64,000 nucleotides of DNA from Alphaproteobacteria bacterium (lineage in GTDB: Bacteria > Pseudomonadota > Alphaproteobacteria > MPNO01): the NCBI GenBank assembly GCA_964291675.2, contig OZ219866.1:2464001-2528000 (forward strand), given 5' to 3'. Numbering within the stretch: the first letter of the stretch is position 1; every line of letters starts with the position of its first letter. The notes below the pieces were generated by a model. That model did not search any database. It was not told the DNA's origin and was given only the letters and a program-made list of their open reading frames with translations. The translations under genes were made by a program, and so were the position numbers. Of the stretch, positions 50,446 to 60,575 are shown piece by piece.

Positions 50446-50810
50446 GGGCTCCACACAGACGCCAGCGAGCGCGAGCAGTCGGGTCACCGGCGTTCGGCAA
50501 CGAAAGCTGCGGCATCCGCCAAGGTGCCTTGCACGCCTTACGATGGCGTTTGCCAGCACTTTTCCGTACCGGCCATCCGGTCACGGTTGCGCCGCCGCCC
50601 AACATATGACTTGTAAACACGCTGTCCTGGCGCGATCATCCTGCGCAGGGGCAGGCCGCCTGTGGAAGGCTGGCGAGGCCTCCGCCGCACGGCACTGAAG
50701 AGGAGGTGGGGAGGGGCACGGAACGCGACAGGACCGGCGCCGTCCCACTCTTGCGTCTGCGGCACAGACCAGACGAACGGAAGCCGTTCGGAACCAGGGG
50801 AGACATCGAC

Positions 50811-52022
50811 ATGCAACTGAAATGGCTTGTGCCCACGGTCGCCGGTCCGGCGATCGCGATCGCCGGGCTTCTGGCGGCGCCGATGCAGTCGCTCGCCATG
50901 GAGCGCACCGTCCATATCGCCGGCTTCGGCGCCAAGTCGGGCGTCGTCAGGTCGTTCGGCGTCAACACCGAGGCGGTGATGCTCGCCGCCGCCAACCAGA
51001 TCAACGCATCCGGCGGGGTCAAGCTCGGCGACGGCGCCACCGGCAAGATCAAGGTCACCTTCTACGACGACCGCTGCAACGCCGAGGAGGGCATCTCGGT
51101 GCTGCGCCGCATCGCCACCACCGACGCGGTGGTCGCGGTCGGGCCGACCTGCTCCAACGTCGCCGAGCCGCTGTTCGGCATCCTGCAGAAGAAGGTCGGC
51201 GACGACAAGGACACCGGGCTCCAGTTCCCGGTCTTCACCGACACCGCGATCAAGGGCGGGCTCGCCAAGATCTCGGAATGGGCATTCCGCAACGTGCCCA
51301 ACGAGATGGAGATGTACCGCCAGATGTTCAAGTGGATCAAGGCGCAGAACCCCGACCTCAAGACCGTCTTCGGCGGCGTCGAGGAGGATTTCGCGCATTC
51401 CCGCTTCACCTGGTACAAGGTGATGAAGACGCGGTCGGGCGATGCCGGCTATGAGGTGCTCGGCGAGGCCAAGTGGCTGCTGGCCGACACCAACTTCACC
51501 ACCCAGGTGCGCAAGATGCGCAAGGCCAAGGCCGATGTCGTGGCGATCTCGGCGCATCCCTTCACCACCTGCGGCGTGCTCAAGGAGATGCAGCGCCAGC
51601 GCGTCAAGCCGAAGCTGCTGGTCGGGCTGACCTCATCGTCCAGCCTGGAGACCCTGCAGGGCTGCGCCAAGCAGGCCGAGGGGATCATCATCCCGACCAG
51701 CTTCGCCCCGGTGACGCCGGCCGCGAAGATGGCCGCCGAGGCCGCCGCCAAGCTCGGCGGCAGCGCCGATCTGCACAGCGCCGCCGCCTGGGAGATCGTC
51801 AACATCCTCAAGGACGTGATCGAGTCCCAGAAGGTGATGGCCAAGGCCGACACGCTGAAGGCCGACAGGCGCAAGATCCGCGACGGGCTCGCCAACCTGA
51901 AGACCACCGGCGGGCTGCTCGGCAAGATCCAGCGGACCGACGAGGGCGAGGCGGTCAAGCCCTATGTCTACGTCCACGCCAAGGCCGGTGAGTGGGCGGT
52001 TCTCCACAACCCGATCAAGTAA
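50811..52022 (+). CDS. Liv-type (branched-chain amino acid family) ABC solute-binding protein
   Basis: Signal peptide; INASGGV, YDDRC, VGPTCS, WAFRN, DTNFTTQV. Confidence 0.9.
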   Translation: MQLKWLVPTVAGPAIAIAGLLAAPMQSLAMERTVHIAGFGAKSGVVRSFGVNTEAVMLAAANQINASGGVKLGDGATGKIKVTFYDDRCNAEEGISVLRRIATTDAVVAVGPTCSNVAEPLFGILQKKVGDDKDTGLQFPVFTDTAIKGGLAKISEWAFRNVPNEMEMYRQMFKWIKAQNPDLKTVFGGVEEDFAHSRFTWYKVMKTRSGDAGYEVLGEAKWLLADTNFTTQVRKMRKAKADVVAISAHPFTTCGVLKEMQRQRVKPKLLVGLTSSSSLETLQGCAKQAEGIIIPTSFAPVTPAAKMAAEAAAKLGGSADLHSAAAWEIVNILKDVIESQKVMAKADTLKADRRKIRDGLANLKTTGGLLGKIQRTDEGEAVKPYVYVHAKAGEWAVLHNPIK

Positions 52023-52032
52023 CGCTCGAATC

Positions 52033-52072
52033 CCCGGCGGGCCGGCGCAAAGTCGGCCCGCCGGGTGCTTTT
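52033..52072 (+). terminator. Hairpin/attenuating terminator after the SBP gene
   Basis: CCCGGCGGGCCGGC-GCAAA-GTCGGCCCGCCGGG followed by TGCTTTT. Confidence 0.6.
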
Positions 52073-52089
52073 GCTGACGGGGGCGCGGG

Positions 52090-52986
52090 ATGGAGGACTT
52101 CCTGTTCGACCTGATCGACCTGGTTCAGTCGATCGCCGACGGGCTCCTGTTCGGGACCACCTATGCGATGATCGGGATCGGCTTCACGCTGATCTTCGGC
52201 GTCATGGACAAGCTCAACATGAGCTACGCCGCCGCCGCCATCGCCGGGGCCTATTCCAGCATCGCGGCGTTCGCGCTGGTCCCCTTGCCGGCGCCGGCGG
52301 TGTTTCTCGTCGCGGCGGTCTCCGCCGGCATTTTCGGCTATGTGATCTACCTGCTCTGCTTCCGCTTCATCCCGCTGGCGAGCCCGCTTGCCACGCTGAT
52401 GGCGACCGTCGGCATGCTGCTGCTGATCGACGAGATCGTGGTCCACGAAACCGACGGCATGCCGCAGCCCTACCCGGCGCTGTTCGACGACGTGATGATC
52501 GAGCTCGGGCCGTTCGGGCTGCGCGGCGACCTGATGTTCGTCTTCGGGGTCAGCGTCGTCGCCATGGGGCTGCTGCTCTACTTGATCTACCGCACGCGGC
52601 TCGGCATCGCGACGCGGGCGGTCTCGCAGCAGCCGGTGGCGGCGCAGCTCTGCGGCATCGGTCTGGAGCGCACCAACGCGATGACCTTCGTCATCACCGG
52701 GGTGCTCGGCGGCGTCGCCGGCGCGATGATCGGGGCGGCGGTCGGCGTGCTGTCGCCGCTGCTCACGCTGCCGTTCACCGTCAAGGGGCTGATCGTCACC
52801 GTCATCGGCGGGCTCGGCAGCATCCCCGGCGCGATCGTCGCCGGCCTCCTGGTCGGCGCCTTCGAGAACATGTTCCAGTTCCTGCGCGGCGTCACCGAGC
52901 GCGACATGTACGTGATGCTGCTCCTGTTCGTGTTCCTGTTCCTGCGCCCCGGCGGCATCTTCTCCCGCCCGGCCGGGCGGGACTGA
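52090..52986 (+). CDS. Liv-type ABC permease (LivH-like 1)
   Basis: YAMIGIGFTLIFGV, RTRLGIA.RAVSQ, IGGLGSIPGA, RPGG. Confidence 0.9.
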   Translation: MEDFLFDLIDLVQSIADGLLFGTTYAMIGIGFTLIFGVMDKLNMSYAAAAIAGAYSSIAAFALVPLPAPAVFLVAAVSAGIFGYVIYLLCFRFIPLASPLATLMATVGMLLLIDEIVVHETDGMPQPYPALFDDVMIELGPFGLRGDLMFVFGVSVVAMGLLLYLIYRTRLGIATRAVSQQPVAAQLCGIGLERTNAMTFVITGVLGGVAGAMIGAAVGVLSPLLTLPFTVKGLIVTVIGGLGSIPGAIVAGLLVGAFENMFQFLRGVTERDMYVMLLLFVFLFLRPGGIFSRPAGRD

Positions 52987-53001
52987 AGGACCGCGCGCGG
53001 G

Positions 53002-53910
53002 ATGGATTTCTATCTCGGCCTCCTGCAGATCATCGGGGTCCACACGATCCTCGGCCTGTCGGCCTATGTGGTGATGCTCACCGGCCAGCTCAGCCTGGCG
53101 CAGGCCGGGTTCTTCGCGATCGGCGCCTATGTGTCGGGCATGCTCACAGTGCTTGCCGGGTTCCACATCCTGCCGGCGATGCTGGCCGGCGGCCTGCTTG
53201 CCGGCGTGATGGCGTGCATCGTCGGGTTTCCGGCGCTGCGGGTTAAGGGGCTGATGCTGGTCATCGCGACGCTCGCCTTCGGCGAGTTCGTGCGGCTGTT
53301 CTTCTTCAACTTCGACTACCAGATCTCCAAGGGCGGGATCGCCGTCGGGCCGCTCGGCGGGGAGGGGTTCCGCCAGATCCGCTTCTTCCCCGAGAACGGC
53401 TGGACCTCGCTCGACGTGATGCTGTTCGTCTGGGGGGTGGTGATCGCCGTCATGGCGGCGCTCTGGTGGATGGACCGCTCGCGCGCCGGCGCGGTGCTGC
53501 GCGCGGTCGGCGAGGACGAGCTCGCCGCCCAGAGCGCGGGCATCAACCTCACCGTGGTCAAGGTCGCGGCGATGACCGCGGGCGGTTTCATCGCCGGGCT
53601 CGGCGGCGCCCTCTACGCCCATTACACGACGCATATCGAGCACCTGAATTTCGGCGTGATCCTCGCCACCTTCGCCATCGCCTACCCGATCCTGGGCGGG
53701 CTCTCCAACGTCTTCGGCACGCTGATCGCGGTGATCTTCATCCAGGGCGTGCTGGTCGAGGGTCTGCGGTTCCTCGGCGACTGGCGCAACCTCTTGTTCG
53801 GCGCGCTGATCGTGCTGGCGATGAACGTGCGTCCGCGCGGGCTGCTCGACGAGCGGTCGATGGCGCTCCTCAAGGGCCTGTTCACCGGCCGGGACCATGC
53901 TCGTACTTAG
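53002..53910 (+). CDS. Liv-type ABC permease (LivM-like)
   Basis: TGQLSLAQAGFFAIGAY, PALRVKG..L.IATLAFGE, AVGEDELAA..GIN. Confidence 0.9.
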   Translation: MDFYLGLLQIIGVHTILGLSAYVVMLTGQLSLAQAGFFAIGAYVSGMLTVLAGFHILPAMLAGGLLAGVMACIVGFPALRVKGLMLVIATLAFGEFVRLFFFNFDYQISKGGIAVGPLGGEGFRQIRFFPENGWTSLDVMLFVWGVVIAVMAALWWMDRSRAGAVLRAVGEDELAAQSAGINLTVVKVAAMTAGGFIAGLGGALYAHYTTHIEHLNFGVILATFAIAYPILGGLSNVFGTLIAVIFIQGVLVEGLRFLGDWRNLLFGALIVLAMNVRPRGLLDERSMALLKGLFTGRDHART

Positions 53911-54664
53911 GTCGCTGTCCAAGCATTTCGGCGGCGTGCGCGCGGTCGACGGGCTCGATCTCGAGGTCGCGGAGGGCGAGATCTTCGGCCTGATCGGCCC
54001 CAACGGCTCGGGCAAGAGCACCACCGTCAACCTGATCTGCGGCGTGTTCCCGGTGACCGCGGGGGAGGTGCGGTTCAAGGATCGCGACATCACCCACGCC
54101 CAGCCGCATGTCTGCCTCGCCGCCGGTATCGCGCGCACCTTCCAGAACATCCGCCTGTTCGGCCATCTGAGCGTCTGGCAGAATTTGTGGGTGGCGCAGA
54201 ATGCCCTTGCCGACCGCAAGTCGACCCGCTTCGTGAACCGCTGGTTCTCCGGCTCCCGGCAGGCGCGCGCGGACACCGGGGCGCTGCTGGAATTCGCCGG
54301 GCTCGGCGCCAAGGCGGACGAGCTCGCCGGCAATCTCTCCTTCGGCGAGCAGCGCCGGCTGGAGCTGGCGCGCGCGCTGGCCGCCAAGCCGACGATGCTG
54401 CTGCTCGACGAGCCCGCGGCCGGGATGAACATGGAAGAGGTGGGCGCGCTCCGCGAGCGCCTGCACGCGCTGCGCGACGACGGCAAGACGATCCTGCTGG
54501 TCGAGCACGTGATGGAGCTGGTCATGGGGGTGACGGACCGCATCGCGGTGCTCAATTTCGGCCAGAAGATCGCCGAGGGAACGCCGGACGAGATCCAGAA
54601 CGACAAGCTGGTTCGCGAGGCCTATCTCGGCACCTCCGGGCAGGCCGGGCAGGGCGATGCTTGA
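53897..54664 (+). CDS. Liv-type ABC ATPase (LivG-like)
   Basis: GPNGSGKST, ARTFQN, LLDEPAAG, VEH.M. Confidence 0.93.
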   Translation: MLVLRSLSKHFGGVRAVDGLDLEVAEGEIFGLIGPNGSGKSTTVNLICGVFPVTAGEVRFKDRDITHAQPHVCLAAGIARTFQNIRLFGHLSVWQNLWVAQNALADRKSTRFVNRWFSGSRQARADTGALLEFAGLGAKADELAGNLSFGEQRRLELARALAAKPTMLLLDEPAAGMNMEEVGALRERLHALRDDGKTILLVEHVMELVMGVTDRIAVLNFGQKIAEGTPDEIQNDKLVREAYLGTSGQAGQGDA

Positions 54665-55379
54665 GGTGCGCGACATCGCCACCTCCTACGGCAAGATCGA
54701 GGCCCTGCGCGGCGTCGATCTCGCGGTGGCGGACGGGCGGATCACCTGCCTGCTGGGCCCCAACGGCGCCGGCAAGACGACGCTGATGATGACCATCGCG
54801 GGCATCCTCAACCCGACGCGCGGCTCCATCGTCTTCGACGGCGCCGAGCTGGTCGGCCAGACGCCGAGCCGCATCGTCGAGCGCGGCATCGCGCTGGTGC
54901 CCGAGAACCGCCTCGTGTTCGCCGAGATGGACGTGCGCGAGAACCTGATCGCCGGCGCCTATCGCAGGCTCGCGAGGGAGCGCGCCGAGGTGGACCGGGA
55001 CCTGGAGCGCATGTTCGACCGGTTCCCGATACTGCGCGAGCGCGCCGAGCAGAACGCAGGCACGCTGTCGGGCGGCGAGCAGCAGATGCTGGCCGTCGCC
55101 CGCGCGCTGATGGCGCGCCCCCGGCTGTTGCTGATGGACGAGCCCTCGCTCGGCCTCGCGCCGCTGATGGTGGAGGAGATCTTCCGCATCATCCGCGACC
55201 TGCACAGCGACGGCACGTCGATCTTCCTGGTCGAGCAGAACGCCCACATGGCGTTGCAGGTGGCGCATCATTTCTTCCTGCTCGAACAGGGACGGGTGAC
55301 CTTCTCCGGCACGCCGGGCGAGCTCGCCGAGGACGAGGTCATCCAGAGGGCCTATCTGGGGTCGCGGCCGGACGGCTGA
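54657..55379 (+). CDS. Liv-type ABC ATPase (LivF-like)
   Basis: GPNGAGKTT, LSGGEQQMLA, DEPSLGLAP, VEQNA. Confidence 0.93.
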   Translation: MLEVRDIATSYGKIEALRGVDLAVADGRITCLLGPNGAGKTTLMMTIAGILNPTRGSIVFDGAELVGQTPSRIVERGIALVPENRLVFAEMDVRENLIAGAYRRLARERAEVDRDLERMFDRFPILRERAEQNAGTLSGGEQQMLAVARALMARPRLLLMDEPSLGLAPLMVEEIFRIIRDLHSDGTSIFLVEQNAHMALQVAHHFFLLEQGRVTFSGTPGELAEDEVIQRAYLGSRPDG

Positions 55380-55385
55380 CGGCCG

Positions 55386-56285
55386 ATGGTCGATTTCGTC
55401 CAGAACTGCTTCGACGGGGCGATGCTGGGCTCCTCCTACGCCCTGCTCGCCATCGGCTTCACCCTGATCTTCGGGGTGATGCGGCGTCTCAACCTGTCCT
55501 ACGGGCCGTCGATCATGCTGGGCGCGTTCGTCGGCACGCTGATCTTCCTCGAATTCCGCGCCGGCAGCCTGGCCGTCGCCGCGGCCACGGTGCTGGGCGC
55601 GGTGCTGGTCGGCATCTATGTCGAACGGCTCTGCTTCTGGGCGATCCGCCGCGGCGCCGCGGTCGCCTCCATGGTCTCCAGCTTCGCCATCTGGATGCAG
55701 CTCGAGGAGCTGGTCACGGTGGTGTTCCCCGACCGAACCTATCCCTTCCCGCCGCTCATCGAGGCGGCGCCGATCGATTTCGGGCCGTTCTTCTTCAAGG
55801 TCGAGAACCTGGTGATGTTCGCCTCGGCCGCGGCGCTCACCGTCGCGCTTCACCTCGCCCTCTACCGCACGCGCTTCGGGCTCCGCCTGCGCGCGGTCTC
55901 GGAGAACCCGGACGCGGCGCGCTATATGGGGATCAACATCGCCGCGGTCACCTTCTTCGCCTTCGCCCTGGCATCGGCGATCGGCGGCGTCGCCGGCTAC
56001 CTGATCGTCTCGGCCGATGCCCAGATCACCCCGCTGTTCGGGCTGTGGGCGACCTTCAAGGGGCTGATCGCGATGATGCTGGGCGGCATGGGATCGATCC
56101 CCGGCGCCATACTGGGCGGGCTGCTGCTCGGCGTCGTCGAGGCGCAGAGCATCTGGTATCTCGGCACCGAGTACCGCGACCTCTGCGCGTATGCGCTCCT
56201 GTTCCTGTTCCTGGTGTTCCGCCCCGGCGGGCTGTTCGGCCACGCCCTCGCCGAACGGGAGCGGCTGGCGCTGAGGCGGGTGTGA
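55386..56285 (+). CDS. Liv-type ABC permease (LivH-like 2)
   Basis: YALLAIGFTLIFGV, RTRFG..LRAVSEN, LGGMGSIPGA, RPGG. Confidence 0.9.
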   Translation: MVDFVQNCFDGAMLGSSYALLAIGFTLIFGVMRRLNLSYGPSIMLGAFVGTLIFLEFRAGSLAVAAATVLGAVLVGIYVERLCFWAIRRGAAVASMVSSFAIWMQLEELVTVVFPDRTYPFPPLIEAAPIDFGPFFFKVENLVMFASAAALTVALHLALYRTRFGLRLRAVSENPDAARYMGINIAAVTFFAFALASAIGGVAGYLIVSADAQITPLFGLWATFKGLIAMMLGGMGSIPGAILGGLLLGVVEAQSIWYLGTEYRDLCAYALLFLFLVFRPGGLFGHALAERERLALRRV

Positions 56286-56403
56286 AGCCGCGCCGCTGGT
56301 GGCGCATGGGGATGACATTTACTCCCTGAATGGCCGTTGCTAAGATTTTTGGCCAATTCGATAACGCGTTGCGAGAACAACGCCACTCTTGGGAGGATCT
56401 ACA

Positions 56404-57456
56404 ATGTCGATCAGATTGCCGGCGCGGGGGCTTTCGGTCCTGGCCGCCACGTTCCTGTTCGCCGCCGGCGCGCTCCAATCCGCGCAGGCGCAGGACTTCG
56501 TGCTCAAGTTCGGAACCCTCGACTCGCCCCAGTCGATCATCGGCAAGGGCCAGAAATGGTACCTCGATCGCGTCGAGGAGCTCAGCAAGGGCAAGGTGAA
56601 GTTCGAGCCCTACTGGTCGAGCTCGCTGGTCCCCTCGCGCCAGCTTCTGGACGCGCTCAACTCCGGCATCTCGGATGTGAGCTTCATCATCCCGGGCTAT
56701 TACCCGGGCAAGCTCCCGCTGCTGACCGTGGCCACCCTTCCGACCACCTATTCCAACGCCTACACCTTCGGCAAGGCGATGAGCGACCTGGTCGCGGCGA
56801 CCCCGGAGATCCGCCAGCAGCTCGCCAAATGGGGCGCCCGCTATCTGGTGAGCCAGCCCTTCCCGCCCTACAACCTTTTGTCGCGCGCGCCGGTGAAATC
56901 CGTCGCCGACATGAAGGGGCTCAAGGTCCGCGCCTTCGGGGCGCAGGCCAAGCTGATGAAGCGGCTCGGCGCGGTGCCGGTCGGCATCCCGACGCCCGAG
57001 GTCTACACCTCGCTGCAGCGCGGCACCATCGACGCCGCATCCTACCCGCCGCTGCTGATCGTCGACTTCAAGCTGCACGAGGTCGGCAAGCATTTCTGGG
57101 CCCAGCCGCTGGCCAGCAACACGTCGCTGCTCGCCATCCGCCTGAAGACCTGGGACAAGCTGCCGCCGGAGGTCCAGAAGGCGTTCGACCAGGCGTCCGC
57201 GGAGAACCACGCAGCCTATCACAAGATCGTCCAGGTCGAGGGCAACGAAGGCTCGGCGAGGGAGGCGTTCAAGAAGGCGGGCGTCGCCATCAGCCCGGGC
57301 AGCCAGGCCGCGACGGACACTATCGACAAGCACACCGCGCCGATCTGGGAGGAGTGGATCCAGGACATGGAGAAGAAGGGCCTGCCCGGGCGCAAGGTGG
57401 CCGAGACCTTCGCCGCGGCGCTCGCCAAGGCGTCCAAGGAGGTGCCGGGCAAGTAG
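56404..57456 (+). CDS. TRAP solute-binding protein DctP
   Basis: Signal peptide; YYPGKLP, DMKGLKVR, EVYTSLQRGTID, WDKLP. Confidence 0.92.
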   Translation: MSIRLPARGLSVLAATFLFAAGALQSAQAQDFVLKFGTLDSPQSIIGKGQKWYLDRVEELSKGKVKFEPYWSSSLVPSRQLLDALNSGISDVSFIIPGYYPGKLPLLTVATLPTTYSNAYTFGKAMSDLVAATPEIRQQLAKWGARYLVSQPFPPYNLLSRAPVKSVADMKGLKVRAFGAQAKLMKRLGAVPVGIPTPEVYTSLQRGTIDAASYPPLLIVDFKLHEVGKHFWAQPLASNTSLLAIRLKTWDKLPPEVQKAFDQASAENHAAYHKIVQVEGNEGSAREAFKKAGVAISPGSQAATDTIDKHTAPIWEEWIQDMEKKGLPGRKVAETFAAALAKASKEVPGK

Positions 57457-57485
57457 GAAAGGCCCGGGCGTCACCCACCTGACCG

Positions 57486-57510
57486 CGGGGGTCCCGGCGC
57501 GGGACCCCCG
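57486..57510. other. Intercistronic hairpin after dctP
   Basis: CGGGGGTCCCG-GCG-CGGGACCCCCG perfect 11-bp stem. Confidence 0.65.
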
Positions 57511-57524
57511 AGAGGGGAGCGATC

Positions 57525-58058
57525 ATCGCAAGCGGCCTCGGCAGGACCATCGTCGCCTGGCAGGCGCATGTCGAGAAGGCGAGCACGGCGGTCGCCGCCG
57601 GCGTCATCTTCTCTCTCATGCTGCTCGTCGTGGCGGACGTGCTGGGGCGCAAGCTGTTCAACGCGCCGATCCAGGGCGCCATCGAGGTCACCGAGCTGAC
57701 GCTGGTGGTGATGGTCTATCTGAGCGTCGCCTACGTCCAGGGACGCCGAGAGCATATCCGGCTGGAGCTGTTCTCGTCGCGCCTTTCCGAGCGCGGGCTG
57801 AGACGGCTGAACCTGTTCAGCCTGGTCGTCGCGCTGGTGATCTGCCTGGTCATCACCTGGCGGATCGGGCTGTTCGCCTGGGAGTCCTGGGTGACCGGCG
57901 ACCACACCATGGGCCTGGTCGAGATCCCGATCTGGCCGAGCAAGGTCGCGGTCTTCTTCGGCTTCGTCCTGCTGTCCCTGCGGCTGGTCATCGACCTCGC
58001 CGGCGCGCTGCTCGGTGCCGAGACCGGGCACGGGCCGCAGGACGCCGCTTCGGGCTAG
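57525..58058 (+). CDS. TRAP small permease DctQ (start probably ATC at 57525; first ATG at 57618)
   Basis: DVLGRKLFNAPIQG..E, EHIRLEL; the first TM helix begins upstream of the ATG; GGGGAG RBS before the ATC. Confidence 0.8.
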   Translation: MASGLGRTIVAWQAHVEKASTAVAAGVIFSLMLLVVADVLGRKLFNAPIQGAIEVTELTLVVMVYLSVAYVQGRREHIRLELFSSRLSERGLRRLNLFSLVVALVICLVITWRIGLFAWESWVTGDHTMGLVEIPIWPSKVAVFFGFVLLSLRLVIDLAGALLGAETGHGPQDAASG

Positions 58059-58073
58059 GGTCCGGATATCGTC

Positions 58074-59375
58074 ATGCAGCCGACCGACATAGGCTGGCTC
58101 GCGATCGGCGTCCTCGCGGCGCTTCTCCTGCTGCGGGTCCCGGTCGCCTACGCCATGCTGACGGTGGGGTTCTTCGGCTATATCGGCATCGGCGGGGTCG
58201 AGGCGGCGCTGGGCGTGGTCGGGCTGATGGTGCATGCCTCGCTGGTCAAGTACGCGCTGACCGTCGTGCCGCTGTTCATCCTGATGGGGCATCTCGCCCA
58301 CCATGCGGGCTTCGCCGCGGACATCTTCACCACCGGGCAGCGCTGGCTGGGCCATTGGCCCGGCGGGGTGGTCCACGCCACGATCGCCGGCGCGGCTTCG
58401 TTCGGCGCCGCGTCGGGTTCGGGGATCGCCGCCTGCGCCACGGTGAGCAAGGTGACGATACCCGAGATGCTGGCGCTCGGCGTCGACCGGCGCCTCGCCT
58501 TCGGCAGCGTCGCCGCGGCGGGGACGCTCGCCACCATGATCCCGCCCAGCATCCTGATGATCATCTACGGGATCGTCACCGAGCAGTCGATCGCCCACCT
58601 GCTGATCGCCGGCATCCTTCCCGGCTGCGTCATCGCGCTGGTGTACATGGCGACGGTCTACCTCAAGGTGCGGCTCGACCCCACGCTCTGCCCCCGGCAG
58701 GAGAGGGCGAGCTGGAGGGAGCGACTGGTCGCGGTCAAGGGCGTGGCCGGCATCGGCGCGCTCGCCTTCGTGGTCATCGGCGGGATCTACACCGGCTGGT
58801 TCACGCCGACCGAGGCGGGCGCCTTCGGCGCCTTTGCCGCCTTCCTGCTCGCCCTGGCCACGCGGCGGCTGACCTGGGACCAGCTGCGCGACAGCCTGCT
58901 CGAGACCGCCCGGACCACCGGGATGGTCTATTTCATCGTCGCGGCCGCCTTCGTCTTCGGCACGTTTCTCGCCACCACGCGGCTGCCGACCAACATCTCC
59001 GAGCTGATCGTCAACGCGGACGTCAACCGCTACGCGATCCTGATCGCCATCGTCGCCTTCTATATCGCGCTGGGATGCTTCATCGACCCGCTGCCGGGCA
59101 TGATCCTCACGCTTCCCATCATCTTCCCCGCCATCGTGAGCCTCGGCTTCGACCCGATCTGGTTCGGCATTCTGCTAATCTATCTCTCGGAGCTCGCCAT
59201 GATCACGCCGCCCTTCGGGCTCCATCTGTTCGTGCTCAAGGGGATATTCCAGGATGCGGAGATGAACGAGGTCATCTTCGGCGCCGTGCCGTTCATCATG
59301 GCCGCCGTCGTCATCCTGTTCATCCTCATCGCCTTCCCCGAGGTCGCGCTGTGGCTGCCCTCGCAGATGCTGTGA
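58074..59375 (+). CDS. TRAP large permease DctM
   Basis: VVPLFILMG, GTLATMIPPS, FTPTEAG, FDPIWFG, ITPPFG. Confidence 0.93.
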   Translation: MQPTDIGWLAIGVLAALLLLRVPVAYAMLTVGFFGYIGIGGVEAALGVVGLMVHASLVKYALTVVPLFILMGHLAHHAGFAADIFTTGQRWLGHWPGGVVHATIAGAASFGAASGSGIAACATVSKVTIPEMLALGVDRRLAFGSVAAAGTLATMIPPSILMIIYGIVTEQSIAHLLIAGILPGCVIALVYMATVYLKVRLDPTLCPRQERASWRERLVAVKGVAGIGALAFVVIGGIYTGWFTPTEAGAFGAFAAFLLALATRRLTWDQLRDSLLETARTTGMVYFIVAAAFVFGTFLATTRLPTNISELIVNADVNRYAILIAIVAFYIALGCFIDPLPGMILTLPIIFPAIVSLGFDPIWFGILLIYLSELAMITPPFGLHLFVLKGIFQDAEMNEVIFGAVPFIMAAVVILFILIAFPEVALWLPSQML

Positions 59376-59421
59376 GGCGGCGGCAGCCGGATTCCAAAGC
59401 GCAAGGAGGACGCCGGACCCC

Positions 59422-59589
59422 ATGGCAGACAACACCGACAGGCTGGTTATCCGGGTCAACCAGCAGCAACGCGAGCTGCTGGAGAGACTCAAGCTCGAAG
59501 GAGAGTTCGGCGACACTCTCGCCGAGGTGGTGAGCGGCGTGTTTCGCCGCTACGCCGACGATGTCGCGAAGCGGGAGGGCAAGCGATGA
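59422..59589 (+). CDS. Small 55-aa protein, RHH-like (not in the ORF track)
   Basis: AAGGAGG RBS; MADNTDRLVIRVNQQQRELLERLKLEGEFGDTLAEVVSGVFRRYADDVAKREGKR; ATGA overlap with the next gene. Confidence 0.7.
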   Translation: MADNTDRLVIRVNQQQRELLERLKLEGEFGDTLAEVVSGVFRRYADDVAKREGKR

Positions 59590-60539
59590 CGGCGCTCGGC
59601 GACCGGCGGCTCGACCTGGTGCTCGAGCCCGTCACCGGCAAGGCGGTGCCGGTCTACAAGGGCGAGACGCTGCGCATCGCCCAGCTCGAAGGCGGGCAGT
59701 GCGTCGACTTCAACTGCTACAATCTGCGCGACTACAAGGAGTACATGTCCACCGGCATCATGCGGCGCCAGGGCATGCGGGCCCGAGAAGGCCATTTCGT
59801 GTGGAGCGCGCCGCCCAGGTTCCGCCCCATGATGGTCGTCACCGCGATGCCCGAGACCTGCGTGACCGACTTGCTGGCGCCGCGCTGCAACGGCGCCATG
59901 ATGGAGATCATGTTCGGTTTCGAGACGCACACCAACTGCACCGATACCTTCACCGAGGCGGTGGGGGAGTACGGTCTGACGCCGGACGATCTGCACGATT
60001 CCCTCAACATGTGGATGAACACCGGGCTGACGCCGGACGGCGAGACCACCTATTCCTGGAACCCGGCCCGCAAGGGGGACCATGTGGACCTGCTGGCGCT
60101 GATGGACGTGCTGGCGGTGCCCATCGTGTGCGGCTCGGGGGATGTGCTGCTGACCAGCAACTTCTCCTTCAAGCCGATCGGCGTCGAGGTGTTCGGGCCG
60201 ACCGCGGAGACCGAGGCCAGGGTCGAGGCGCTGAACGCGGAGTACGTCTCGTTGAAGAACCAGCGCAGGGTCGAGGATTTCCGCGTGCGCGAGATCAGAA
60301 CCGAGCGCGAGCTCAAGCCGGTTTCCGGCTACCAGCCCGAATTCCCGAGCTTTCCGCTGACCTATACCGAAATCGCCCTCGAGATGACCGATGACGACCG
60401 GGAACGGTTAGAATATCTAAGGAACGCACGCTATCCTGGCAGCGACGAAGAGGTGGTGCTCGCCGCAATCATGTCGTGGTACCTGGAGAACCGGCGCAAC
60501 AAGACGTGGGATGTCTACCGGGGCGGGCTGAAGCCCTAG
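59586..60539 (+). CDS. DUF1989 / urea-carboxylase-associated family protein with C-terminal extension
   Basis: KGETLRI..LEGGQCVDF, DLL..RC, NC.D.F, LN.WMN, GDHVDL.A.MDVL. Confidence 0.85.
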   Translation: MTALGDRRLDLVLEPVTGKAVPVYKGETLRIAQLEGGQCVDFNCYNLRDYKEYMSTGIMRRQGMRAREGHFVWSAPPRFRPMMVVTAMPETCVTDLLAPRCNGAMMEIMFGFETHTNCTDTFTEAVGEYGLTPDDLHDSLNMWMNTGLTPDGETTYSWNPARKGDHVDLLALMDVLAVPIVCGSGDVLLTSNFSFKPIGVEVFGPTAETEARVEALNAEYVSLKNQRRVEDFRVREIRTERELKPVSGYQPEFPSFPLTYTEIALEMTDDDRERLEYLRNARYPGSDEEVVLAAIMSWYLENRRNKTWDVYRGGLKP

Positions 60540-60575
60540 ATCCGGCGAGGGCGCGGGCCGACGCGCCAGGGAGGA

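Noticed and set aside
50615-50810. Structured leader before the Liv-type SBP as a possible riboswitch
   Set aside because: Small hairpins are present (e.g. GAACGG-AAG-CCGTTC), but I could not match glycine, guanidine, cobalamin, TPP or SAM consensus by eye; an Rfam/Infernal scan would decide.
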